A stretch of 21,242 nucleotides of DNA, taken from the NCBI GenBank assembly GCA_027001995.1, contig JALTLO010000141.1, positions 1-21,242 of the forward strand, written 5' to 3'. Position numbers and translations under genes: made by a program. The stretch's first letter is position 1. Each line of letters begins with the position of its first letter. This DNA is from Planctomycetota bacterium. GTDB taxonomy: Bacteria; Planctomycetota; GCA-002687715; DRQF01. Of the stretch, positions 1 to 9,500 are shown piece after piece. A model generated the notes under the pieces. The model searched no databases. It worked only from the letters and a program-made list of their open reading frames with translations, and was not told where the DNA came from.

Positions 1-662
1 CTTTTAGATTCTCGGTCCTCGAGAGCCGTGTGAGCCCTCTGGGCATTCGCCAAATTGTCATCAGCTTTCTCAAGGTCATCAAGCCAGTCGGAGAGCTTCT
101 TGATGTGGACCTTTAACTTCGCACGGAAATCCGCGGCGAATTGTTTCTTGAGCTTACCGTTGATCCATCTCGTCGAAACTTTCTTCTTGTTCATGACGAC
201 TTCGTTGCCTTTGGCGTCAAGAATAATGAAAGTAGGCGTTCCTTTGAGCAGGTACTTTTGGCTAATCTTTCCTGCAGGAACATCTCGCGCGTCAATTCGA
301 TAGCATCGGAAGAAACGACTGCCGAGGACGAGATTCTCGTCACCGAACAACTTCTTTTCCACCTTGGCATCATCTTCCCGAGCAACATAAATCAACGAAG
401 GCTTGTTCTTCTCTTCCGAAAGCTTGGAGAGTGCGCTGAGAGGCAGTGCTCGTTCCCCATAGTTTTCATCCCAAGAAGTGGGCCATTCAGCATCAATCCA
501 GTTGATGGCAAGTTCACGAGCCACTGCTGGGCTACGATTCCGGCTACCAATAGTTGTTGGGACGCGACCTGCGCCCCCTGGGGTTTTACTCCCGCCTCAC
601 TGGCCGTAAGCGGCAAGTTGCCCCAAAGTGATGAGGGCGACAATGAGAGTCATTTTTCTCAT
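1..662 (-). CDS. Putative exported thioredoxin-like-fold protein with an in-frame UGA at codon 22 (candidate selenoprotein); 3'-truncated by the window edge
   Basis: Manual translation from ATG 662 gives MRKMTLIVALITLGQLAAYGQ*GGSKTPGGAGRVPTT...KNKPSLIYVAREDDAKVEKKLFGDENLVLGSRFFRCYRIDARDVPAGKISQKYLLKGTPTFIILDAKGNEVV..., which stays open to position 1 (about 220 codons, the only stop being TGA at 599-597). An SD-like AAGGAG lies about 10 nt upstream. The N-terminus looks like a Sec-pathway signal peptide. The TPTFIILDAKG segment resembles the cis-Pro/beta-hairpin of thioredoxin folds. A helical, coiled-coil-like region follows. Confidence 0.7.
559..577 (-). promoter_or_regulatory. Candidate bacterial SECIS hairpin
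   Basis: The minus strand reads GGGGCGC-AGGUC-GCGUCCC: a 7-bp stem (one G-U pair) with a 5-nt loop containing GGU. The loop starts 26 nt after the in-frame UGA. It resembles the GCAGGUC apical motif of the E. coli fdhF SECIS (recalled from memory, not aligned). Confidence 0.55.
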
Positions 663-730
663 GAGAAATCTTCTCCTTCGAGATTTGGATTTGACGGACT
701 GCAACGATGTTGCTTAGAGAGCTACCGCAA

Positions 731-759
731 ATTACACGCCAATGAGCCCCAGAGTGCAA
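731..759 (-). promoter_or_regulatory. Possible sigma70-type promoter for the UGA-containing gene
   Basis: The minus strand reads TTGCAC-17 nt-TGTAAT, about 70 nt upstream of ATG 662. Pattern match only. Confidence 0.3.
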
Positions 760-919
760 GTCTCATTTTGCCACAACTGAATTCGGGCCGATAGATGGTT
801 GTGGACCGATACTCACGACCTTGAGTGTATTTATGAAGAAACAAATAAGATGACCAAGCACGCAAGTTGTAAAGTCCGTTTTCCATTTGCTCCCCCGGGG
901 ATTGGCTTTCTTGGAAGAA

Positions 920-2617
920 TCAGTTGCCAGAAGACTTCAAGAGTTCGCACCAAGCGCGCCCGCGGAGGCGCCAGGAGTTAGGGGTCATGGGAATATCGTC
1001 GGCGACTATGAGCCCAGTACTCTTGCGTAGCGCGGCCAGGGCCGATGGCATCAAACATGCAATACCATTCATGAGGTAGTGACTCAGCCAGTAGTGAGCC
1101 CGTTTGTCTCCCAATTCGTTGAGACCCCAGGCAATACCGAAAGCCGCAAATTCTTGGCCGTCAAGCATGGCTTTGTAGACGTTAGGAATGAGGTCTTTGA
1201 AGCCCGAAGCACCCGCAGCCAATCCCGCCGCCATGCGGACCGCTTCATTCTTGTGGGCGAGGGCCAAGCGGAGAGGTTCTTTAATCTTGGGCGACTTGAG
1301 ATGGGCCAATATGTCCAAGCCAGATCTCTTGGCTAAGTGGTTTGGATCTTCGCTTTCCGTATAGACTTTTTCGATGCTCTCAAGGATGGCATCAGTCAAG
1401 AAGGCAAGGGTCAGGTCTCCTGGGAGTTTTTTCTCCCGCTGAGAATAAAACCATGCCACCATCCCTTTGAGCTGGGGGGCAGCTTCTTCGCTGGCCAAGA
1501 CCCATTGAGATAATTCTTTGATCTTGGAGGCCCGAATAGCTTCGGGCAAATCACCAGAACGATTCAGGAGGGCTCCCAAGGCCCAATAGCTGGCGAAGTC
1601 TGGCGACTCCTTGATCATGGCAACCGCTTGATCAAACAAAGGTGCGATGTTGACCTGAGCCAAGAGGATACCAGCATTGTAGCGCACCTTGGATGAATAG
1701 GCGCCATCCAAGTATTCCTTGGCTACTTCCGTGAGTTGAGCCGCCTCTCGCTTGGCGACATCGGAGGATAAGGTGTACAGAAAATAAAGTGCTGCCTCAA
1801 TCGACTCTGCCGAATAGGCATCATGGAGTGCATAGGACTTAATGGCTTCAATACTCTGGGAGCCATGAATCCCCAAATAGGCCATGGAAAACAGAGCATT
1901 GATTTTGATGTACTCTCTTTGATCCTCAAGGATTTCGATGATTCCGGGGGCAAGGCCGGAGTTCTCTTTTTCCCAGAAGTTCTGAGAGTTCATCCGCGAC
2001 AAAGCAGACATAGCCAAAGCCCTTTGGCCAGCATCGACAAGCTTTGAACCCGCGATCCGGGCTAAAGCTGAAACACCGTAGGGCCCCATGGAAGCGAATT
2101 TTCCCAGAGGTAAAAAGCTCGTCGTGAGAGTTGCGCAATCAGCTAAGTCTTTGATTTTCTTGCTGGCGAAATCCCAGGCCGCTGCCTTCATGCAGGAAAT
2201 CCCCTCTTCACCATCAAAGAAATCCATGGGACCATACCAGGAATCATAGGCCGCGCTGAAGGCCAAGCAGGCCAGGGATTCCCGCCGCGTCACCAAAGGT
2301 TCTTGCCGAACAACTTCAAGCATTCTGGGGATAGCCCGGGCCGCATCCATGTTTTGAGCCAGAGCCAGGGCCGCACCATAGCGCACCAAAGAAAGGTCAT
2401 GGGAGAGCCAGGGTGCAAAAAAATCCTCGTCTTCAAGACCAGATTCATCCGCTTTCTTGAGCAAGACACGAACCCCAATCGCCCGCTCTGCGGCGTAACG
2501 GCTGGTCAACATTGCCACCAAACTTGAATCCATGGATGGCTTCGTCGTTGTTTGCCCGCAACAAACAGAGACACAGAGAAGTAAGGGCAAGAAAGGAAAA
2601 AGGACGGAAGGCTTCAT
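920..2617 (-). CDS. Exported HEAT/PBS-lyase-like repeat protein (565 aa)
   Basis: Hydrophobic N-terminal signal (MKPSVLFPFLPLLLCVSVCCG-Q). Recurring HEAT-like helices: VRYGAALALAQ, QRALAMSALS, IKINALFSMA, VRYNAGILLAQ, VRMAAGLAAG. Confidence 0.75.
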   Translation of the reverse strand: MKPSVLFPFLPLLLCVSVCCGQTTTKPSMDSSLVAMLTSRYAAERAIGVRVLLKKADESGLEDEDFFAPWLSHDLSLVRYGAALALAQNMDAARAIPRMLEVVRQEPLVTRRESLACLAFSAAYDSWYGPMDFFDGEEGISCMKAAAWDFASKKIKDLADCATLTTSFLPLGKFASMGPYGVSALARIAGSKLVDAGQRALAMSALSRMNSQNFWEKENSGLAPGIIEILEDQREYIKINALFSMAYLGIHGSQSIEAIKSYALHDAYSAESIEAALYFLYTLSSDVAKREAAQLTEVAKEYLDGAYSSKVRYNAGILLAQVNIAPLFDQAVAMIKESPDFASYWALGALLNRSGDLPEAIRASKIKELSQWVLASEEAAPQLKGMVAWFYSQREKKLPGDLTLAFLTDAILESIEKVYTESEDPNHLAKRSGLDILAHLKSPKIKEPLRLALAHKNEAVRMAAGLAAGASGFKDLIPNVYKAMLDGQEFAAFGIAWGLNELGDKRAHYWLSHYLMNGIACLMPSALAALRKSTGLIVADDIPMTPNSWRLRGRAWCELLKSSGN

Positions 2618-2785
2618 GTCGTTTGCTCAAAGACGCCCTGGCACGGGAGATTTGATCTTAGAGATCTTCCCCCAAGTTCGTCAACATCGTTGTTGAAGTC
2701 CATCCAGAATTAGGACGAAACAACAACAATGCCCCCGGCGGTCCCCGGACAAGCTCATGACATCAAGGTTCTGAGGCATACCAAT

Positions 2786-4819
2786 CTAGCCAAAGTAGAT
2801 CCCTCGATCTCGAAGGAGAGTGACCAAGCCGGATTCTCTTGGGTCTTCTTCAACCTCAGCCATCGTATCGTTGAGGCGGCTTACGATCATGTTCTTGATT
2901 TCAGCGAGCCCAACGATGCGATCCATCTCTTCCTTTTTGGCAACTTCCAAGATCCACAGCCGACGTGACTTGACATGCAAGAGTTTCTCACACCAATCAC
3001 GAATGGAGAAAGCCACGTTATCCGGGATACCATGCCGCGTGTGAGAACTCAGGATCTCTAAGATTTCATCGGCGGTCATGCCCGAGGCTGCGGCTTCTTG
3101 GACACTCTCGTGGCTCAAGTGATAGTGGAGTGCAAAGTCAGCTTTGACCCTCTTAGCAAATCGACCCAGTTCTTGAATCAAATTCGGCGTCGAGTTCTCG
3201 GGAAATGCGATGATCTCGTGGTCAGGATTGACGATCAAGGCCACGCCGTTGTTGGGGGCATCGGCGGGGATCTCTAAGCCCAGCAACATGCCTCCCAGGG
3301 GCGTGAGGCGAATAGCCCAAGGACGCTTTTCCCGACCACGGCGGGCCAGCTCAATCACACCTGCCCGGCAAAGCCCTTCAACGAGCCAAGCCTGCAAATC
3401 TCGCTGCATCATGTCGGGAGAGGCGAGTTTGGGGAAAGGTGCGTTCTTGTGGCGCTCCTGGTAAACCTGTGCTTGTTCTGGTCGCACCGCGTTTTTGAGA
3501 TAGCGGTTTCGGGCTCTTTGGACCAAAGTAGGTGCGTCACACCATGTGCCAATACCGGCTTCCTTTAAGAACTCAACAATGCCATAGCGCAAACCCTTGT
3601 GATGAATGGGCGACATCCCCCAATTCTTCGACCGCATGGCAAACTTGAAGAGGTCCTTGGCCATGTCCTGCGCTGGCCGTTTTGCCATTTCGCGCCAAGC
3701 CGGAGACATTTTCAAACAGGAATCCAAACCCGGCGAGCAGAACTCCCGGTACTTGAAATAGGTCAGGTACCAAAGTAAGTCGGCCTCAGCCCCGAGGAGA
3801 CGCTTTCCGGGTGAGAGGGAATCTTTCGCTAAACGTTTGACGGCTGCCTTGTAGTATTCACCATCTTTCTTTACCCGAAACGTGCTGCGCCCAATTTCCG
3901 ATGCCAAAGCACGCAAGTCTCCGATGGAGTCACCACCCCGCTGGAGATCACCAGAAGCATCATCTTGATCAACCTCCCCCATGCCCATGAGTACGGCCGA
4001 AATTTCACCAAAAATAACAAGCCAGCCTTCCCGGCAGGCCAAGCCATGATTGGCAAGCTCACTGGACTCGAAACTTCCCAACAGGTTTCTTTCGAGTTCC
4101 TGTCCCCAAGCAACGATTCCCTCTTCTTCCACATCGATACCCAAACGGCGTAGGGCTCCAGGATCAAGAATACCACCGTGCTCGCTAAAATTAGAAAACA
4201 GAGCACGAAGCGATTCGTTCTCGATGCGGCTCACTCGATCTTCGATGGCGGAACGCACGCAGAGACGATTGCGAAGTTCCTTGTGGTCAAGTTCAAGCAA
4301 ATCATCCAGGCCAAGATTGGTCAGACGTTCCAAGAGTTCTCCGCGATCCAAGAATCGAATATGGGACTGCAGATTGAGAGAGGCCTCCACAGGTCTCTTG
4401 CTCTTATTGAACACATCTTCCAGCAACTTGCCGATTTCTTCGGGAATACAAAAGGAGGTGCCCCGTCCCGACTTGCCGCGTATTCGCTTGGGGACAAAGA
4501 AGGCCCGTTCTGCCAAAGCTGTGCCAACAGGCAACAGTTCAAAATCATTGACTGGCAACTCGTTCTGATCAAAACCACGTAGATCAAATGCTTCCAGCCA
4601 CTGACCGGTACGAACCACGTAGACCAAGAGGTCTCTCAGTCGCGAAGGCAATTGAGACAATCTGGTTTCCATCGTCTTGCGGCACGTCAAGGCCTCCCGC
4701 AACATGCGCCTGCGATCGCTTTCGCCAATAGGCCACGCATGACGATCAAGATTCCAGAATCCGAGTGCTGAATCGAGTTGGCGCCCTTCAATTTGGGCTA
4801 GTGCTTCGTCTAGTTTCAC
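2786..4819 (-). CDS. XPB-associated protein with a C-terminal Helicase_C_3-type domain (no helicase motifs of its own)
   Basis: 677-aa ORF whose GTG start overlaps the xpb TGA stop (GTGA, 4816-4819). The C-terminal LIVNPDHEII...ELGRFAKRV...YHLSHESVQEAAASGMTADEILEILSSHTRHGIPDNVAFSIRDW is visibly homologous to the N-terminus of the adjacent XPB (LIVQNDRTV...RLGQFAELV...YCISPLSLWNAASAGLFFADVLTFLDEYSMFPIPKKLGEDIEDV). Confidence 0.8.
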   Translation of the reverse strand: MKLDEALAQIEGRQLDSALGFWNLDRHAWPIGESDRRRMLREALTCRKTMETRLSQLPSRLRDLLVYVVRTGQWLEAFDLRGFDQNELPVNDFELLPVGTALAERAFFVPKRIRGKSGRGTSFCIPEEIGKLLEDVFNKSKRPVEASLNLQSHIRFLDRGELLERLTNLGLDDLLELDHKELRNRLCVRSAIEDRVSRIENESLRALFSNFSEHGGILDPGALRRLGIDVEEEGIVAWGQELERNLLGSFESSELANHGLACREGWLVIFGEISAVLMGMGEVDQDDASGDLQRGGDSIGDLRALASEIGRSTFRVKKDGEYYKAAVKRLAKDSLSPGKRLLGAEADLLWYLTYFKYREFCSPGLDSCLKMSPAWREMAKRPAQDMAKDLFKFAMRSKNWGMSPIHHKGLRYGIVEFLKEAGIGTWCDAPTLVQRARNRYLKNAVRPEQAQVYQERHKNAPFPKLASPDMMQRDLQAWLVEGLCRAGVIELARRGREKRPWAIRLTPLGGMLLGLEIPADAPNNGVALIVNPDHEIIAFPENSTPNLIQELGRFAKRVKADFALHYHLSHESVQEAAASGMTADEILEILSSHTRHGIPDNVAFSIRDWCEKLLHVKSRRLWILEVAKKEEMDRIVGLAEIKNMIVSRLNDTMAEVEEDPRESGLVTLLRDRGIYFG

Positions 4820-6567
4820 GCCTCTGGTTTCTCCAATTTGTCGAGGATGCTGGCCTTCGCCAACTCACAGTTGCTCCAATCCAACCGAGGAAACTCGCCT
4901 TTCGCTTGTTTCACTTCGTAGTGATAGCCTTGCTCCGTCAGGAACATCTGACGGTTAGCGGCGAATACCATTTCTCGGGTGTCGTCAGTAACAAGTGTGT
5001 AAAAGACCGTCTCTTTTTCGTGGCTCTTGGGGCGCAAGACTCGCCCCAACCGCTGGGCTTCTTCTTGTCTCGAACCGAATGTTCCAGAGACCTGAATAGC
5101 AATATTTGCATCGGGCAAATCAACCGCAAAGTTGGCAACCTTCGACACGATGAGCTGGTTGATACGACCATCACGAAAATCTGAGTAGAGGACTTCGCGG
5201 TCGCTCTGAGACGTCTTGCTGGTGATTATTTCGATTCCAGTCAGCGCCCGAATCTGCGCCAACTGTTTGAGGTACATGCCAATGATAAGAACGCGATCAT
5301 CCTTGTGGCGTTTAAGCAAAGCATCGAGGGCTTTGAGTTTGAGGGGGTTTTCGGATGCCAAGCGATAACGATCTCTGAGACCGGCATGCTCATAGTGCAT
5401 GGCATCTTCTTTGCCGAAGGGCACGCGCATTTCGACGCATCGGGCTTCAGCAATAAAACCTTGCCCTTCTAAGCGACGCCAAGGCATGTCATAGCGTTTA
5501 GGTCCAATGAGAGAGAAAACCTCATCTTCCTTACCGTCTTCTCGCACCAAAGTTGCAGTCAATCCCAATCGACGACGGGCTTGCAAATCAGCGGTCATGC
5601 GAAAAACGGGAGCTGGGAGCAAATGGACTTCGTCATAGACAACAAGCCCCCAGTTCACCTTCATAAAGCTTTCGAAGTGAGGGTAGCCATCACCCTTGGC
5701 CGACCGATATGTGATCATCTGATAGGTCGAAACAGTGACCGGCGCGATTTCTTTGACTTCAGCACTGTATTCAGCGATTTCGGAATGCGGCAGATTGGTC
5801 TTCTCTTTCAGTTCTCGCACCCATTGCCGCACTGCCGTCGTGCTGTTGGTCAGAATCAATGTTTTCGTCTGATAGAGGTTCATGGCCGCCATAGCGGTGA
5901 TCGTCTTGCCAGCTCCGCAAGGCAGAACGACAACGCCATTGCCTCCTCGTTGATCTCCATCTTGATAGAAGGCCGCTGCAGCCGCGTTCTGGTAGGGTCG
6001 CATGACAAATGGTTTGCCACCAGGAAGTTCATCTACCAAGCTAAACTGCATGGCATCCCCTTCCACATACCCGGCAATGTCTTCCACTGGGAAACCCGCT
6101 CGAACCAAGTAGCGTTTCAATTCACCTCGGGCTTCATCCGAAATAATCAGTTCATGCCCTATCTCATTGGTTTCAACGATGAATTCGGCGATCGTCTCCA
6201 GGGTGCTCACTTCTTCCCAAAGTTCCGGCGTGACACTCAGGACCAAGTCGCTCCCTTCCCGGCGCAAAAGAAGTTTGCCAAATCGCCCCATGACGTCTTC
6301 AATATCCTCACCCAATTTCTTGGGAATAGGAAACATGGAGTACTCATCCAGGAAGGTCAAGACGTCAGCGAAGAACAAACCTGCCGATGCTGCATTCCAA
6401 AGTGACAAAGGTGAAATACAGTATGTGTGGAGATTGTCGGGACTCTTCACTAGCTCCGCGAATTGTCCGAGACGCTCTCGCGCTTCTTCCGCCTGAGGGT
6501 GGTGAACATCTAACAACACTGTGCGATCGTTCTGAACGATCAATGGACCATCACGCCGAGAGGCCAT
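4816..6567 (-). CDS. xpb: DNA repair helicase of the XPB/Rad25/Ssl2 family (SF2)
   Basis: Motifs VVLPCGAGKT (Walker A), DEVH, GLTAT, the XPB-typical LVRED loop, and SRQEEAQRLGRVLR. N-terminal Helicase_C_3 domain. SD-like GGGAG upstream, inside the 3' end of uvrA. Confidence 0.93.
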   Translation of the reverse strand: MASRRDGPLIVQNDRTVLLDVHHPQAEEARERLGQFAELVKSPDNLHTYCISPLSLWNAASAGLFFADVLTFLDEYSMFPIPKKLGEDIEDVMGRFGKLLLRREGSDLVLSVTPELWEEVSTLETIAEFIVETNEIGHELIISDEARGELKRYLVRAGFPVEDIAGYVEGDAMQFSLVDELPGGKPFVMRPYQNAAAAAFYQDGDQRGGNGVVVLPCGAGKTITAMAAMNLYQTKTLILTNSTTAVRQWVRELKEKTNLPHSEIAEYSAEVKEIAPVTVSTYQMITYRSAKGDGYPHFESFMKVNWGLVVYDEVHLLPAPVFRMTADLQARRRLGLTATLVREDGKEDEVFSLIGPKRYDMPWRRLEGQGFIAEARCVEMRVPFGKEDAMHYEHAGLRDRYRLASENPLKLKALDALLKRHKDDRVLIIGMYLKQLAQIRALTGIEIITSKTSQSDREVLYSDFRDGRINQLIVSKVANFAVDLPDANIAIQVSGTFGSRQEEAQRLGRVLRPKSHEKETVFYTLVTDDTREMVFAANRQMFLTEQGYHYEVKQAKGEFPRLDWSNCELAKASILDKLEKPEA

Positions 6568-9500
6568 GATTTGCTCCCTTTGCTGATCTACTTTTCTTCT
6601 TGGCCACAGAACTCTTTGGAGTCATTCGTCGCTTCTTCATATGGGTCTTGAGATACTTACCGGTGTGAGAATCTTTTATTTTGCAGAGTAGTTCAGGGGT
6701 TCCGACGGCAACGATCTGGCCTCCTTCATCGCCCCCAGAAGGACCTAAGTCAATGAGATGATCGCAGCTCATGGCAACATCCAGGTTGTGCTCGATAACG
6801 CAGACCGTGTGGCCTTGGTCAGTCAGACGATGTAAGACTCGTATGAGTTTGGCAACATCGTCAAAGTGAAGACCTGTCGTCGGTTCGTCCAAGACATAAA
6901 GCACGTCCCCATGAACACGTCTGGATAGCTCTTTGGCAAGCTTGATACGCTGAGCTTCGCCCCCTGAGAGGGTGTTGCTCGCTTGCCCTAAGCGAAGATA
7001 ACCAAGCCCCACATCAACCAAGGTTTCCAGAATCCGGGCAATCCGGCGATGATTCGAGAAGAACTCCGCCGCAACGCTCACTTCCATCGAAAGGACATCA
7101 GAAATCGTCTTTCCCCGATATTCGACCAACAAGGTTTCGGAGTTGTAGCGCAAACCGTCACAGGACTCGCAGGTGATCCAAACATCTGCCAAGAAGTTCA
7201 TCTCGACCTGAATCGAGCCCCGGCCGGCACAGACTTCGCATCGTCCACCTTTTGCGTTGAAGCTAAATCGACCTGGTTTGAAGCCCTTCATCTTGGCCAT
7301 AGTAGCGGTGGCAAATACGGCCCGAATGTGATCAAAGCAACCGGTATATGTCGCCGGATTCGATTTGGGGGTCTTGCCAATCGGAGCTTGGTCAATCACC
7401 ACGAGGTCGGAAACACGGTTAGCTCCCCGTATCGCTTTGTACTTGGCAATGCTTGATGACTTGCGTTTGAGGGTTTTCTCAAGCGCAGGAACCAGAGTAT
7501 TTACAATCAAGCTGCTCTTGCCACTTCCGCTCACCCCCGTGACACCCACGAAGCAACCCAAGGGGATTTTCACATCCATGTCTTTTAAGTTGTTGGTCCG
7601 GCAAGAAGTCAGCTTGATAACCTTGCCATTGCCCTTCCTCCGCACCCCAGGAATTGGCACCGATTTCTGGCCATTAAGATAAGCGGCCGTCAATGAATCC
7701 GGGTTTTTGAGCAGTTTGCTTCTGGGACCCGAGAAAACAACTTCTCCACCTTGGTGGCCAGCACCAGGGCCGATGTCAACAATGTGATCAGCCTTCGCCA
7801 TGGTGTCTTCATCATGTTCCACCACAATGACGGTATTGCCAAGATCCTTCAGCTCATCCAAAGTGCCGAGAAGGCGGGCTACGTCTCTTTGGTGCAAACC
7901 TATGGTGGGTTCATCCAAAACGTAAAGCACCCCCGTCAAGCCGCTGCCAATTTGGGTCGCCAAGCGAATTCTTTGGGCTTCACCCCCAGAGAGTGTTGTG
8001 GCCCGTCGATCGAGCCCCAGATAGTCGAGGCCAACTTCAACCAAAAAGCGAAGCCTGTCTTGGACTTCCTTCAACGGTCGCTCGGCAATTTTCTTGTCCG
8101 TTGCAGAGAGCTTAATCTTCGAGAAGAAGGCATGGGCCTCTTCTACGGTGAGCAAGGTTGTGTCGGCGATATTCTTGTCGGCGATGGTGACCGCCAGAGA
8201 CTCCTTGCGAAGTCTCTTGCCCAAGCACTCCTTGCAGTCCTTCGCACTCATCAGCTTGGCCACTTCTTCACGCCACTTGTCGCTATCAGATTCCCCGAAC
8301 CAGCGCTCGACATAACGAGCGAGGCCTGGCCAAGTGACTTTCATCACCATGCTTCGGCTCTCCCCTTTGCGCGCCTTCTGCATACGCAAAGAAACCCTTT
8401 CGTCAACACCATACAAGATGGCCTGCTGCGCCTCAGGTGACAGATCACACCATGATTCATCGACGTCAAAACCGACGACCTTCGCCACACCTTTGATTGC
8501 TTTTCGATAGTAAGATTTGCGTTTGAAGAAGCGGCCAACCTTACTGGTCATGGCCCCCTTCAAGATCGGCTTCTCTGGTGCATCAATCAATAAATCTGGG
8601 TCGCAACGCCTCACCATGCCCAAGCCCGAGCAAGTTGGACAAGAACCATGATGCGAGTTAAATGAAAACATGCGCGGGGTAAACTCTTCGGGGATCACCC
8701 GACCATGCTCGGTGCAGACTTTTTCTTCTGTAAACCAAGAGACTTCACCATCGGTTGTGGCATAGCCAAAGATGCCCCCACCGTGTTCGAAAGCCTGGGC
8801 CACCGATTCCAACACCCGAACACGCATTTTGGCCGACATCTTGATGCGGTCGAGAACCAAGCAGACTTCCTTAGCGCGAGACAAAGGGGGAAGGGCCTGA
8901 TCTAAGCGAATCTCCTTGCCATCCACAAGAGCCCGCAGAAAGCCCTGCTGAACGAACTCTTGGGCGTTTGTTTTCAACTCCGAGGCTTTCTTAAAAGCTA
9001 GGTCGCAGCCCAAGGATTTGCTGAACAAGGGGGCGACAAGATAAGCCTTACTGCCCTCTTGAGTCTTAATCTTCTTCCAAATGGCTGCGGGAGACCAAGG
9101 TCTCAGTTCTTTGCGGCAGGAAGGGCAATGTGGTTTGCCAATGCGCGCAAAGAGCAAACGGAGATAGTCGTATATCTCAGTTGTCGTCGCCACGGTTGAG
9201 CGGGGATTGCGAGAGACATTTTTCTGATTGATAGCAATCGCCGGCGCCAAACCCTCGATGCGCTCCACCGGAGCTTTTTCCAAACGGCCCAAGAACTGGC
9301 GAGCATAGGCAGAAAGGGACTCGACGAAGCGCCTTTGTCCTTCGGCGAAAATGGTGTCAAAAGCCAAGGAAGTCTTGCCACTGCCAGAAGGCCCCGTAAT
9401 GACAGTAAAACTCCCCGTAGGAATGGTGACATCAATCGACTTCAGGTTGTTCGTCGATGCGCCCTCGATCACCAAAGCCCCTTCGACACTCATATCTTTC

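Noticed and set aside
597..599. UGA reassigned to Trp or Gly (genetic code 4/25)
   Set aside because: uvrA, xpb, suhB, dacB and the HEAT gene end at TGA at the expected protein ends, three of them in 4-nt stop/start overlaps. Their long frames contain no internal TGA.
141..794. 217-aa plus-strand ORF
   Set aside because: Antisense shadow of the minus-strand UGA-containing gene. It has no SD or recognisable motif, while the minus frame has an SD, a signal peptide and a fold signature.
2718..2752. Possible intrinsic terminator after the XPB partner (CCGG stem followed by UUGUUGUUGUUU on the minus strand)
   Set aside because: The stem is only 4-5 bp, and the U tract is interrupted and offset. 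Too weak to call.
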